Assembly (NCBI GenBank): GCA_004022145.1
Contig: RCNU01000007.1
Source: Paecilomyces variotii
Taxonomy: Eukaryota
Length of the DNA: 64,000 bases
Reading direction: 5' to 3' (one strand)
Below the pieces are notes generated by a model. The model saw nothing but the letters and a program-made list of their open reading frames with translations. It ran no database searches and was not told the DNA's origin. A program made the translations under genes and the position numbers. Position 1 is the first letter of the stretch. Every line of letters begins with the position of its first letter. This document shows, piece by piece, positions 39,755 through 53,295 of this stretch.

Positions 39755-40189
39755 AAGGTACACGGGTTGGGCAGAGAGTCGTGATTCTTTTGGGTGAACA
39801 GTTATTATTGCTTATGGGTTAATCGGAGTTCCACTGCTGCGCACGCATACGGTACGAGTCGTATCAGATCCGCTGCTCAAGAGCTGACAGCACTGATCCT
39901 CCGCCGATCTCTGGCTGTATTATGATTAAGCGGGCCGACCGCGCCCGAGGATAATTAGGATGGGGAAAGGTTATTGTTTCATCCGTTTTTAGATTCTAGA
40001 ACCCTAGTCTCTCTGAGATTGGGTATTCCAGTTTATGACAATGGGTACCATGATGCCTCGTTAGACTCAATGAGTCAGTCTTTTATCTCTGCTTGGACCA
40101 CTACATTGTCAAAGCAGTGTCAAAGCAGAGCTTTCCTCTTGTCTTTGTAAAAGGACGTAAATTGGGATATACGGGCACAAGGAAGTCTG

Positions 40190-40600
40190 TATCAACGGTA
40201 ACAGCGCCTTTGAACACCTGACAAGCCACGTAACAAACACGACCTTGACTGCCAAAATCGCGACTGATATCCACTCCAGATCTTTCAGAACAGCCTGATG
40301 TCCCCTAGGCATCCTCACAAATCTAGAATGAGAAAACAATCACCTGATTCCAAAACGCTCCCTGCTTCCTTATCCGCCTTCTCTCTTGCCTTGGATCCAC
40401 ATTGTGAATCGACAAATTAGCCGCGCTCAAATCAAGCGAATCATCTTCAAACGGCAAATCCGTAAAATCGGCCATACTTACGCAGAACGACGCACATATC
40501 TACCGAAGAGGCATCATCGTACGTAGTTTCGGGCGCGTGTTGCCATTCTGATCGTCCTTGATGAAGAGGTCGATGCTATATGCAGGTTTATACGGTCGAA
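40190..40600 (-). pseudogene. Degenerate class I SAM-dependent methyltransferase fragment
   Basis: The minus strand gives PAYSIDLFIKDDQNGN / APETTYDDASS / ADFTDLPFEDDSLDLSAANLSIHNVD / CQVFKG in shifting frames, with no intact ORF. Confidence 0.55.
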
Positions 40601-41825
40601 AGGCGAATCGATTCTACTCCCAAACTCTCCTGAGAAATTGAAAAAAAAGGGGCGAGCAAGTTAGATTTAGATTTTGGAGTCGGGCTTGTGGTATGTATGT
40701 ATATCGTTCTTCCTTTTTGCGATTGGGAAGTGTAGATGGAGAGTTGAAAACTAATAGGGCAGGAATATTTGATAATACTAGTCGATTAACTAGGTATAAT
40801 GTATATACGTAGTTCCATAATAATAACCGGCGATTTTACCTACCAAAAGCTAATTACCTCTTTAGGAAAAGGTACACCGCTCCCGTATCTATGGTACTCT
40901 AGGAGTCCCAGATCCGTGGATATTGTTATTTTTGAACTATATAGATACTGTAAGTGTATACGTCCTCTTTCTCTCTTACATCTACCCAAGATCTGCCCCT
41001 AAATCTAAATTCGACAGTAACATCCAAACTTCGAAATCAAGCCAACTCGTTTTCCTGCTCGGTTAACACAATGACATCATTAGCGCCAACGACCGCCAAG
41101 ACAAAAACAACTTGGACTGAACTGGACTGACATACCACGAAAGCAGATCGACATTACTTAGCCTAACTATCTAGTCTCTGTTCCTACCAAGATTCCAGGA
41201 TGGACTCGATGGAGGTCGCTCCCTGCTATCTATGATATAATGCCATCGAGTCTTTATACGATAGCTAAGACGCAAGCCACTCCCATAGCGATGATCTCCA
41301 AATACTCTGTCGAGCTATATGCGACGATGACGGTTCGTACTGTGGCGAGTCTCTGGCTGTAACTACCAACTCTATGTCATGTTCCTAGTTGATGGGGGTC
41401 TGGACTCGCTGGTGATTTGTTTTATTTTAGCCCTCGCGCAAGACATGGTTACTTACATAGGATTTTGTTCTGGAAGCGTGGGTAGGTATGATCGATAGGA
41501 GGGGTTGATAGGGCAGGTACAGTAGGGTATTATATCATCTTTTTCAAGGATCGGCGCGGTGCGATTACATAGAAGGCTGTATATGGAGGGTTGGGAGGGT
41601 TTATATAACCTCGTGTTTGGGGAAGGGTTTTTGATGATTTAGTATTTATTTAATCTTCTACTAAGATAACTACTTACAATATTGTACAATAAACCGATCC
41701 TTTTTATCGTATAACAAGAGTTACTCTTATACTCTACGATATTTTCTGAAAAGACACAAAGACTTTTTTACTTCAACTACCGAACAAACGAACACTTTCC
41801 CCTCTACTACACAATACAAATCAAA

Positions 41826-42290
41826 ATGTTCAGAACCCACCACAACACAACCACCCAACGCAACACCCGTCCTACATTCTGGACGCGACTCAAAGGCCCA
41901 AATGCCCGCACCCGCACATACAAGACCGAAGAAACAACCTACAACACAGGCCATCGACACCATGGAACCGGCTACGGAGGGACGACGACAACAAGCAAAA
42001 CTGCCCCTCCACGAACAACTGGAGCGGGTATGACGACTCATCACCATCATCATCGGCGTCGACCGAGTATTGGCGATAGAGTCTCTGGAGCGATGTTGAA
42101 ATTAAAAGGGAGTTTGACGAAGAGGCCTGGTGTTAAGGTATGGGGGTTTTTTTTCCCACCTCCTAATATGTTTTTTTTTTTGATATGGATGATTAGAGAA
42201 GATTAACATATCTGGTGTGTTTAGGCTGCTGGGACGCGGAGGATGCGCGGGACTGATGGTAGAGGGAGTCGGAATCGATATGCGTATTAG
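41826..42290 (+). CDS. Small basic Thr/His-rich fungal protein (2 exons)
   Basis: Exon 1 ends HHHHHRRRPSIGDRVSGAMLKLKGSLTKRPGVK; intron 42138-42224; exon 2 AAGTRRMRGTDGRGSRNRYAY*. Confidence 0.8.
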
Positions 42291-42516
42291 GTATGGCTAA
42301 AGAGGTTGGAGGATGAGTTTGGTAATGTACCTATGATGAAGATAAAAGATATGAAGGATCGAGTTGCATGAATGGGTGATGCGGGGCGGTTTCTATGTAT
42401 TATGTATGTATGGTATTTCTGTGCTATATTTGAGCTATGCTGTCTCAGAAAAAGAATATGACCATTTGTATACCATGTTCAGAAATGACTGTCGCACTTG
42501 AAAAAACTTCCGCTAT

Positions 42517-43611
42517 TCACTTAACCAAACTCTTCACATATGCCTCGAAATCACCCCACTCAATCCCCAACCCCTTCGTCTCAATCCCCCTCTCAAACAC
42601 ATTCCCGCCCGTCTTCTCCAACAACGAAATAATCGGCGTCGACGCATCCGGCTCAACATGCTCAATCGTCAACTTCTTACCCGCAGCTTCCTCGATCCAC
42701 TGCGCGAGCTGGTTGCCCGAGGCCCAGGCACTGGTCAGCACAACCCACGAGTCCTTATATGTCTCTGGGGGAGCCTTGAGCGTCTGCGCGATGGCGCGGC
42801 CGATATCATGTCTGAAGACAAAGGGGTATTCCGTCGTGCCTTTACCGACCACTTTGAGTGTAGAGGTTGATAAGTCAATTTTAGTCATTAATGGGACGAC
42901 CGTTTCGAAGAAGCCGTTTATGAACGCTGTCCAGCCTGTAGTTATATAATGCATAAATGCATATTGATTAGTGAAAACGTGTTCATAGATTTGATCCCAG
43001 TGACATAGGGCTATAGTATAACTAACCGTCGACGAAACCAGCCTCTTGCACTGCTTTGAGAGAATTCTCCTTCGGCGTCAAGTAATCGACATGCTGACCG
43101 CGATGATCCATCCCAAATTCGCTTGGAATGAATCGTCTGACACCATCGGCTTTGGCGCGCGTGATCAAGGGGATCTGATCCGCCCAGCCGGAGGGGCCTG
43201 ATCGTATCGCAAATAGGTCAGTCAGGATAAATGAAATAGAAATCGAAGTGGAATTAGAATAGCGGACGTACCGACAGTGGATACAATGGCATCGAATCCA
43301 ACTAGGGAAGTCTCAGGTGTAATTTGTTGTGTTTGGACGCCGGCAATAGTTTGCGGCTATATAGAAGGGAGTTAGTATTGATAGGAACAGGTTACTTAGT
43401 TATAAGAAGATATGTGAAGTTTCTGAATATGCCATCCCATACCGAAGCGCTCCGCGAGAACGGGATAACCTCAAAACCCTCTTCGACCAGGGCGCGGGTT
43501 ACTGATGAGAGTCAATATCCGCAATAAAACTATTAGATCAGATAATAAGTACAGACCTTCCTTTCCCAATAGGCCGGTAGCGCCAAATACCCCGATCTTC
43601 TTGTAGGTCAT
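42517..43611 (-). CDS. NmrA-like / isoflavone-reductase-like NAD(P)-binding oxidoreductase
   Basis: MTYKKIGVFGATGLLGKE, FDAIVSTV, GVRRFIPSEFG and DIGRAIA motifs over about five exons. Confidence 0.85.
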
Positions 43612-44254
43612 AACTACCGTTGTGCTCTGATGAGACTTGGTCTTTCGAGTATTGATTAGTATGGGACAGGTTTATTGAACCTGGGCGCCCTGCGAGATTA
43701 CGAACCGTGTTTTAGAGAGAAAGAATAGGTAAGAAAGATGATCTCGGGATGCGTTCGCTTAGGAGCATGAGTATTTGCTAGTGATCGTTGGCCCTGCGTC
43801 CTGTGATAAGCAAGACATCAGTCCGTATCAATGTGGGGCTGGTGGGGTTGGTTGCTAAGCTTGAGTTAAAGGCATTGTTTACTCTTGTAGTCGCTTCTCG
43901 TCATTACAAAACCTCAATTAATATATTATGGAAGGGAGTGGAAGGGAGTAAAAAACTGGTGGACAACTTCATAATACAAAATGACGATCAATAGATCCTC
44001 TGTAGAAAGAATACCAACCTTCTAGAACTGTTCGGGGCCGGAGGTTCAAGCTAGATACATCCAAAGAGCAAGATCTCTGTTTCAATCAACCAAAAAGATT
44101 CCGAGCGGGCTCTTAAGAAAACAATTCCGCTTTGGCTTCCGTCGATGGAAACTATCCGGGTATTTGCTTCGATAAAAGCAGAAATGAACCATCTGCAGAT
44201 GTAATAGAGTGATTGTATTCAGTCTGTATCGGAAACCACTAAAAACCTAGTTCT

Positions 44255-46455
44255 TCAAACCTCTCTGCGTATCTCAGTCCCTGATGCTTTTCTTTTGAGA
44301 GGATTCACGTAGACATCCTCACTAATGTCCTTCGATTGATGCTTGTCCAAAACCTTCAGGCTTCTTAGACCTTGCTCCAGAGCGTTCAGTTTCTCGCTTA
44401 GGCGCGAGCGCTCTGCAGACGATTCATCACTCTCTCCTGCTAGTCTTCCCACGTCAGCGTTCTGCAGGCGGGATACAGTCTCTGGCGAAAAGAGACATGG
44501 GAGCTTCTGGATGAGACATCTCTCTACGGCAAGAACGCTGATGTTGTCGATGAACTTTTCCAAGGCAACCTGCTCCCAGTTAATATTCGCTTATATGATA
44601 CCATAGAATGAATAAAGATTACCTTGTAGTGAGCTTCCATGTAATCGATGGCTATAGAACTAGCATATCTCTCCATGTCGGTTTCACCGATCTCAACAAG
44701 GCTGTCCAACATGCCTTTGGGGTCCACATAGATCGTCATCTGTCGAGATGAGTTGTCCAAATTAGTGACGTGGAGGAACTCCCGGAGGAATTTTGCGATC
44801 TCTTCCTTGCGCCGAGAAGCCTGGGCTCTTTGCACATTATCAGTGAGATAGCGGTTGTACGTGATCGGATGACTAGAATGGTGCGGAGCAAGAAGTTCGT
44901 TGATTTTGCCTTGAAGATCACTATTCAAAACTTCCATTCCCGGGCGAATGATTTCCCTGAAGATTCTGTTAGAGGTTTCCTCGACTGCTATGTGCTGTAG
45001 CAGCTCGTCGATAGTAGCATAGACAGATTTAACGACACTAGTGGTCAGCCCATCCACCAGCCGTTTCCATGGCCTGCATTGATCACTAAAAAGTTCACCA
45101 ACGATCAGGGGATTGAATGTACCAGGAAGCTCCCGACCCCTGCTTCGTCTCATCAGGATTTTGACCTCGTCGATAAATTGCGAACGCGAAATCTGGTTTT
45201 CTCCATTGCCATCAGCTTCCCCCACAATTCTCTTTGACTTCCCGTGCTTGTGCATATTCTCTTCAAAATCTGAAAGCATGTTTGAAATCACAGCACGTAG
45301 GCGCCTCTTATATCCGACAGCCGTCATGGCACTCCCAAAGAAGGAGTCAGTATAAGTGCCATCGATAGAGTCTTTCATGAGACTGGAGAAATCCTGACTC
45401 ATGCGGCCAAGGTACTGACGCTGCTCTTCAGTTGTGTTTGGAGAGTCACCCAGCCTCCCAAGCTTGTCTTTGCACTCCTGGATGCCCATTTCAATATCCT
45501 TGAAAAGAGTAGGCAGCTGAAGGAGAATCTGGTTTTTCAGGACGTTGCTCAGCCGTGACTTGAGAGATACAACGCCCACCTGGGACGGTTGCAACGAGGT
45601 CCAGATATCAGTAGCGAAGAATTGTGCTTCTGCCTCATCTCTTTTAGCCGCTGTAGCATCTCTCATGCCATAGCGTCTACTCTTCAAGACGTGCCATCCA
45701 AGATGGAACCTGATATATTTGTTGTTTTGTGCAAGTTGGATGTACGACATTTCACTTTCTGAACCCATGTCTAACGTGTCTCGTATTATGATCAGGCCGA
45801 GTGTCCGCGTACCTGCTGGGTCTAGCTTTCGAGTGCACTTTGTAACCTGCTGGAGTGCAAAGTCACTTTTGGCGGAGACAACAGCGAGGATGATGCTTCG
45901 CGGCCGCTCCATGTATTCCCAAACCAGATCCTTGACTGTCTTTGCATCTTCCTCAGACTGCTCTTTGTTACCGGATTCGAACAATCCAGGAAGATCCACC
46001 ACGGTCAAATGGGGCTGGGTAGGTCCTGAGATCTCGAAGCGAAGGATATCAGTACTGAAAGATCTGTTATCAGTTGTTAAGCCTATGACTTTCTGGGCCT
46101 CCTGTACGACTTCCCCGAGGTTTAGAGTTTCTGGGCTTATGCTGGGACTGAACTTCTGAAGCGTTTCTTTCTCGCCTTCTGAACGAGCGTGGTCTGGTAT
46201 TATGGAAACCCTAATACGAGGGACAGGGTAACGACGTAGAATCAGCTCTGTTGCGAATCGCGTACATAGGTTGTCTTTGGTGGTGAAGGACATGCCTGAG
46301 ATGGCCTCAAGCACGGTGCTCTTTCCTGAAGATTGGTCACTACAGACAACGATCTCAGGTAAATCGACATATCGACTGATTCCATGAGATCTCAGGTTGT
46401 CGATGATATCAAGGAGCTCGCGATGATCTTTCCACTGGAGTGCGACTGTCGCCAT
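44255..46455 (-). CDS. Dynamin/Mx-like GTPase with degenerate GTPase motifs (possible pseudogene)
   Basis: LPEIVVCSDQSSGKS, LCTRFATE, VDLPG, RGRELPG, HPITYN and a GED-like C-terminus. Intron ~44571-44622. The frame is open. Confidence 0.85.
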
Positions 46456-46479
46456 TGTGGACGGACGAGGGGGCAAAAG

Positions 46480-47950
46480 GTTGCTTTGAGAATATAAGTT
46501 GAGAGAAGGCTAGAGAGAAGAAGTTGGGAGTAAAAGAAAGTTGAGATAGAAGAAGTGAGATAGAAGTGATAGGATAAAAGAAGTTAATTAGAAGAAGTGA
46601 AAGAGTGAGATATATAGGTAAAAGCAAGAGAAAGAGAGAGAATAAAAGGGGTGAAGTGAATAATTTGGGCACTTAAGTACCATGTGAGAATAAGAGCTTA
46701 ACTGGAGGAAGACCTGAAACTTATGTGAATTTAATAAATAATTCAAGTTAAGTGAACAGTAATTAGTATACATACAATAAAGAGCTATAAGTTACTTACA
46801 ACAAAACTACAGCAGGCACAGATTATAATATCTAGGTATATCCTTATATAGCGAGAGCAGTTCTTGGGTGTTGCCTAAGAATCCTAGTCTTTTGCTCCTA
46901 GCGCAGTAGTTTAGCTCCTAGAATACTCCTTAGGAGTTAGGGTGTAACATTATTTTCAGGCAAATAGTTAGGAGTTTAAATCTAAATAATAGGGTTAGGT
47001 ACTGCTAGATTTCTATTAACAAACCTTATAGCTAATAAAGATATAAAGTATTCCTAAGGGCTAGCTATTTAAGGCCGAACTATAGACCCTAAAATATAGT
47101 TACTTACCTAGGAGGCTAGTTAAACATTATTAGGCATTGAGATAATACCTTAATAGGTGAGGGTAATATAATGTCTATGTCCTTATATAGCGAGAGCGGT
47201 CCTTAGGTATTGCTTAAGAATTAGGCCTAGTCTTTTACTTCTGGCGCAGCGGTTTAGCTCCTAGAATACTCCCTAGAAGTTAGGCCGTGACACTAATTCT
47301 CCTTTTCCTTTCTTATTATAGATTACTAGTCAATTAAAATTGTAGAAAAGAGAAGCTCTTAAATATTATAAAATCTAAAGGGATTAATCTACTATTAGAA
47401 TAGCTAAGCTATATTTTAGATTAAATAAGGACTTCTAAGTATATTCACTTCAATTAAGAGATATCTACTGGAGTTATTCTACATTTTAATTGCACTGCTT
47501 GAGGATACAAGGCACTACAGGTCTCTCGTATATAAGCCACTACTGACCCTAGTACATTGGGACAACTAGATAATATAATTTAGGAAAGAAAAGCGTATAA
47601 AAGTAATAGTCAGTACTTGTTACATTACATATTGCTCGTCTACAGTTACTTCTTATAGAATCAAATAGTGAATTTCAGAAAGGAGGCCACACAAAAGAAT
47701 AATCATACAAAAATTATCAAAACAAATTAGAGAGAGCAGATAGACCGATGAAGTAATACTTCTGTGACTAGTTATTTCATCAAAACACAAGAATCATATC
47801 AGAAAACTTGTCTGGACATAAGGGTAAGTAAAGACAGTGATTACACTGATAACCAAAAAATAAACGTAAAAGAGGAGTTGAGAGTTAATTATAGGTAATC
47901 AGCGCCAATCTAGTCATATCGTTTAAATCCTCCAATAGTGCAGGTATAGT
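46480..47950. mobile_element. AT-rich, RIP-like transposon relic containing two LTR-like fragments
   Basis: Abrupt AT/TpA enrichment. 46837-46949 and 47176-47292 are ~115 bp direct repeats differing mostly by transitions; each begins TGT(T/C)AC on the minus strand. Confidence 0.6.
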
Positions 47951-47985
47951 CGTAGTTACTGTCCTTGATCTCGAACCCGGCCTGC

Positions 47986-50744
47986 TTAAATTCCTAGTTT
48001 ATATCAGCATCTCTTCCCTTGACGCAATAGATAAAAGATGTCTTAAAGGATATACTTACCGCTGTCTTCCTGATTGACCCTCTCTGTGGCGTCCCATTGC
48101 TTCCATTGCTTACAAGTCTCTTTTACTGCATCGAGCCTTTCGGGACCCAGTGCTTTCTGGATATCGCCAGTACGCTCCAGGATCTGGAAAGCCAATCCGC
48201 TACTGGCATGCCAGGCGATATGGCAGTGAAGCAGCCAGACACCGGGATTATCGCTTTTGAACGCAAGAGCAAGCCAACCCTCGGCGGGAAGAAGCGCCAC
48301 GTCCCGGCGTGGAGGGTTGTGGTACGAGAAGTTAAAGGGATCACTTTTTTCGTTGTAAGTCCCATTTCCGGCTCCTAGTACAGCAAAATCATGCCCGTGG
48401 AGGTGAATTGGGTGGGCCAATCTGACAGTCGCTCTATCCGGAGGCGAAGGGACGCCAGCGATGTTTCCGGAGGCGGTTATGATAATGTATACTGGTGGAG
48501 GTTAGCTACGATCACGGTGGACAATTTGTCCCATTGAAGGATTAACTGTAATTAAGAAAAAGAAGGTACATACTCCACTCGTCCTTAAAGTCATATTTCT
48601 CAACATCGTAGTCGGGGTTGAATGTCCTATTGCGGACGTCCAGCAAGGTCGGGTCGGCAAAGTCGAGCCTATGAACAAAATAATCAGAGACTGTAATAAA
48701 TATTCACGAACCGAAATATAGCATCCTTACCACATGGACTTTTCTCCAATGGCCCATCTGGTTGCGTTTCGAGAGAAAACAGTCCCGACCTCGTATGTGC
48801 TGTCGATCACATTGTTTGCAGGATTTGTCCCAACCTCCCACCTGACAACAGGCTTCAGTTTCTCGGGAGGCTCGTCTTGACAAGCAAATGTAAGACCTGA
48901 CTGAATGGAAGTGGTCGGCTTTGTATTAGGAGCCCCCTGATAACGAAGGATCCCTGTTCGGTCATCTGGGATGGTTCCGTTCCCACTGCAGTTTGAGACC
49001 GGAGTTGTACGCATCCAATAGCTTCCTGCAGTTTGGTTTGCGTCTATGATGACAGAGTATCTTTGCCCTATTGAAACGAGTGTTAATGATTCATGCTGCT
49101 CGGATCAATGCATTATTACATACCAATTCCAATCGAAATGGAGTTTGTCCAATACGGTTCGATCGGAACGAAGTCGGTTGTGATGACCTGGAGAGGATGG
49201 TCGTCGATAGAAAAGACAAAATGCATGTCCGTACTACCAGAGTTAGGCTGTTCATATGCATACATAATCTGCTGCTCACATACCTTGCGTTAATAAGGTG
49301 CAATAGCACTTTCTTACCAGATTCAATGACTCTTGTAAAGATGGAACCGGAATGTATCCCTGATAGGACATGTCAGGAATGACAAAAGGAAGTTATGATA
49401 TCTAGCTATACTCACCGATTCCTCCTAGTAGTACAGCGTCCGACAATGGCGGAGGGGTTGGCCCTAGTTCTGTGTGGAAAGCAGAAAATGCGTTTGCGTT
49501 GAACCAGTCTGCCATCATGATGGGGTCCAATTCAACATCCCAGTTTGCACTGGTAGGTCCGTGAATCAGAAGTGGTCCTATCGCTTTGTTAGCTATGATA
49601 ACTAGCTTAGTTTCTATGTTTCTTACCTGCCACTCCGTTAGGGTATTGGAGAGAGTAGTGACTGCGAGAATTAGAAATTTAGCAAATCAACAACATCAAG
49701 GGTTCTCACCTATGATACCAGCTGTGGCCTGGATACTGTCAGTGCATATACCCCCCGATTTAGTTCGGTAACTTACCATATTGAGTAGCCTTGAACTTAT
49801 AGGTATATGTCCTGTTTCCTGCTATCGGACATTGGGTGATACCTAGCAATATTAGAATATAGACCTAGATTTTTTTTGCAGCCTCATACCGTTCACTCCA
49901 TCTGCATCATTCGTGTGGAGTTGACGAACACCTATGAGTCTTATCAGCGCGAGATTGTAATCAGATAACCCAAAGTCTCGGAGCATATTTTCAAGGTCCG
50001 ACGGTGCTGCGATATACATACCGTGCCAGTGTATCGTCGTTCCGTTTTCAACCAGTTTGTCTGTGACATGCACAACTGTCGCATCTCTGTAAGTGCTCTG
50101 CAATGCCAGTGGTGGTAGCCGGTACTTACCGATATCATCTCCCCAGCAAGCCTCTTATTTCAAGTCAGCATGTGTAGGCTAGAAATTTGAAGAGCCTCTT
50201 ACCAATCAAGGGCCCCGGATAACTGTGGCACAGAGTCAGTAAAGCTTTAAGACGGATCAACTCTCATACTTACGTTCCGTTTATCAGTTGCGATAACTTG
50301 GGAGTTCCATCAGGACTGATCGTTTTTTCAGATACCTCGAGCCAGTACTGAGAGTTGTCAGCTTTTCCCAATCAACAGATGTGAAAAAGGGAGACATGGA
50401 CGTACTTCTCTAGTGACACCCTGGGGCCATTTTGCTTCATAGTCTGTTGTAATATCATACTCACTGAAGACAGGTTGCTTGGAATGAGTCTCGCGAAGCC
50501 AACAGTTTCTAGAGTCAGGGCCGTTGCACATCTCCCATCCTTTGAGAGAAGGGTAATGGCATGTTATTTGAGATTCCCTCTGAGGGACATTGCCGACGAC
50601 ACCGTTCCCAAGTTGCGGACTAAAGCTGACACCGGATGACGGTACGTTTATAGGAAGGGGCTGCTGGTTGAGGAGACCGCCATTATTCCCACTGAAGGGT
50701 AGAATCTGCACAACGACATTGACGATATAGTTAATGAAACCCAT
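47986..50744 (-). CDS. Laccase (AA1 multicopper oxidase), highly intron-rich
   Basis: All four copper motifs are recovered by splicing: TIHWHG, SWYHSH, HPIHLHGH and LLHCHIAWHASSGL. A final micro-exon (47986-47993) gives the ascomycete laccase C-terminus DSGI*. Confidence 0.9.
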
Positions 50745-53295
50745 GATGTGGGTGTTGGACCATAGACCTCGAGAAACAAAAGATGCCTTCGGGCTTGGCT
50801 CAGGAATGAGCAGATTTGAGCAGATATGGAGTGTTAAAATACCTTTCACGTAACTATAACCCTATAGAGGGCAGCTGAGCTGCTTGCCTGATACATTGCA
50901 GATCTGATAGACGCTGACGACGGCGATCACCCTGTAAGATTCCATTTTACAGGGGACATACAGCCGTGGCGTCTTGAGACGAAGACGATACCTCGAGGTC
51001 TGGACTACTCCCTGTCCTATCATCTGAAGCCTGGAGCCAGGCGCAGGGCTGAGGCGTAGTAATAGTCAGCTACTATAGCCTTGATAACAGTTTGATCCAC
51101 AAGTGAGACCTAGCCGCACGGGTAGTATAAGAATATACCTGGGATTATAAAAGAATAACGTCGTAGATAAATTGATGATGATCAAGATATAGCCGCTTCT
51201 TAAAATATGAACCCTGCAAGCACATGACTAGAGACTGATGGAAAGGCAGTTAGAGATACGATATAGGGACTGCCCAAGATTTGGGGTACCCGCGAGATAG
51301 GCTCCCGAGAGTATGGTAACCGGTCAAGCATCAGGCCAGCTATGCAGGGGTTGAGATGAGCTGAATCTCGCTGAGGCTCATATTGGTGTCGCCACAACGG
51401 TGTTAATGAAGAGTTTAATACAGACATACAGTAACGGTACTTTCTTGACGAACAGTCGTGATCTAGTGTATGTTATTCAAGAGATGATACAGTATATCTG
51501 AAGGAGCCTCCTACCAAGCATGTACATTTCCCCGGATCCCATAGGCTACTTGAAGTAACAATCTCGATTGTTAAAGTACACCGTAGACATTCCAGGCAGA
51601 CTAGGCCACCCGACAAGGCTTTTACCTGACTGAGTTTGCCCGAGTACGTGCACGGCTTACCCGAGGATAAACCGCCCAATATGTTGAAACCTATCACCTA
51701 CTGGACCAGAGGATCCTGGAGAGACTATAGATATGATCGGCAAAACGAGATGAATACAATTGCCGAATAGAATCTCATCTCCTATCATAAGGTATTGACT
51801 GACAAGTGCGTTTCATGCGTTTGATGGGACGCTGACAGGTAAACTTGACTGCGGCTGAGACACCCTGCACTGGGAAGTCGCCTGGGTACTGTATAGGGCT
51901 GAGTTAGAGTTCCGATCTCAAATCCGCGATGGGCTGTTATTGAGGCTTATCAATCACATGGCATCAGCTCGTCTCGGACTATTGCTGACTTCGCTGGGGG
52001 CCTTAGATCTGTTGCTTATCCGAACGGAAATCACAGGCACCAGTAGCTCGATGAGTTGACCTCCCGAGTGCCCCGATGACGTTCCAGTACTTGTTTCAAA
52101 CGTTGATGGAATATCCATGATTGGCTTGTCAGCTTGAGACTGCAATAAAGAGTATTAGGCAATATTCGCCATAGAGCTCATCAACACTGTAGCCTATGTC
52201 GTTGCTTCTTAGGCTCTACCTAGATGAAAACCTCAGCCCGCTTTTGACGCATGCACATGAAGTGGTTTCAGAAGCCCAGGGAAGTTGTCGTATCGTGTTA
52301 AGAATATCAGGTTGTTACTGGTCACTTAACCTTTTGACAACGACCTGATTCCTGTTTCCACGAACGGCTACTTAGACGTCCATTTGAATTTTGATTTCGT
52401 ATGTTGAATAATGTGATGTCAAATAGGTAGGAAGACCAGAAGCATGTTTCGAATTAGACCACGTTGCAGAACCATCGTGATCAGGCGTCCTATCATTTGG
52501 CCAACCTCTAGTTCCGCGCCTTGCTGCGAAGTGAGAACATCAACAGGCATATGGAGTTGATGACGTCCATACTTGCATGGTGCTCGCTAGTTCACATGTG
52601 CTATATTGAAGTTCTTTTATGAGGGACACCGCAACTAGGTGGATTTGAAGAGCGACCCAAATAGCCTAGAATTGTGATTGATTGCCTCTCGGCGGGGTCA
52701 TTCGGCTATTCTGAAGACTGTCCAGTAAAACACTCCTTGAGAGCGGGGTTCTCATTGGATAACACATTGACTAGCGGATGAAAGACAACGCGTTCGACTC
52801 TTCTCAGTGGGTTTTGCTAGGTCGATGCGTTTAGAAGTCAATATAAACGCTCTATCGTCCCTGTCGTGCACATCTCAACTTGGAAACTATACCCACAAAT
52901 AAAAATAATTACTTCACCAACGTGCGCTAACCGCATATTTATATATATCATTGAACTATGACAGACAGACGATCCGTGTCCTCGGATGACTACAAAGATG
53001 CTACTGTGAAGGAGGCGCAGGTGGCTGTGATAGGAGCCTCTTAACCTGCCGATTCCACGACTTCTTAGCCAAATTTCATCGTCTGCAGAGGCTGCCAAGA
53101 GGAAACGAGCTGCCAAGGCCGAGACATCTCTCGAAGAAGCAGTGAAGGCGGAATTTGATCTTGAAGATGATCCAAACCCAGCCGACAGGACAAAGGGAGA
53201 GACCAGCAGATAGTGCGGGAATATGGGCCGGAGGTAGGCATTTCATACCTGAGAAGATATGGCCGAAGGGCAAGACCTCAGTTATGCTGACAGCC

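Noticed and set aside
43620..44250. Precise boundary or target-site repeat of a giant transposon
   Set aside because: I could not identify a convincing terminal motif or direct repeat without an empty-site allele.
46683..46949. Complete solo LTR (TG...CA, ~267 bp)
   Set aside because: The ends are plausible, but the flanks (tacca / ttatt) do not form a target-site duplication; kept only as an LTR-like relic.
48043..48060. Laccase C-terminus 'DSGKYIL' in the ORF track
   Set aside because: Read-through into an intron; splicing gives the canonical DSGI*.
52958..53212. Possible small plus-strand gene (MTDRRSVSS...AAKRKRAAKAE)
   Set aside because: The splice donor is weak and the phases do not join cleanly; no recognisable family.
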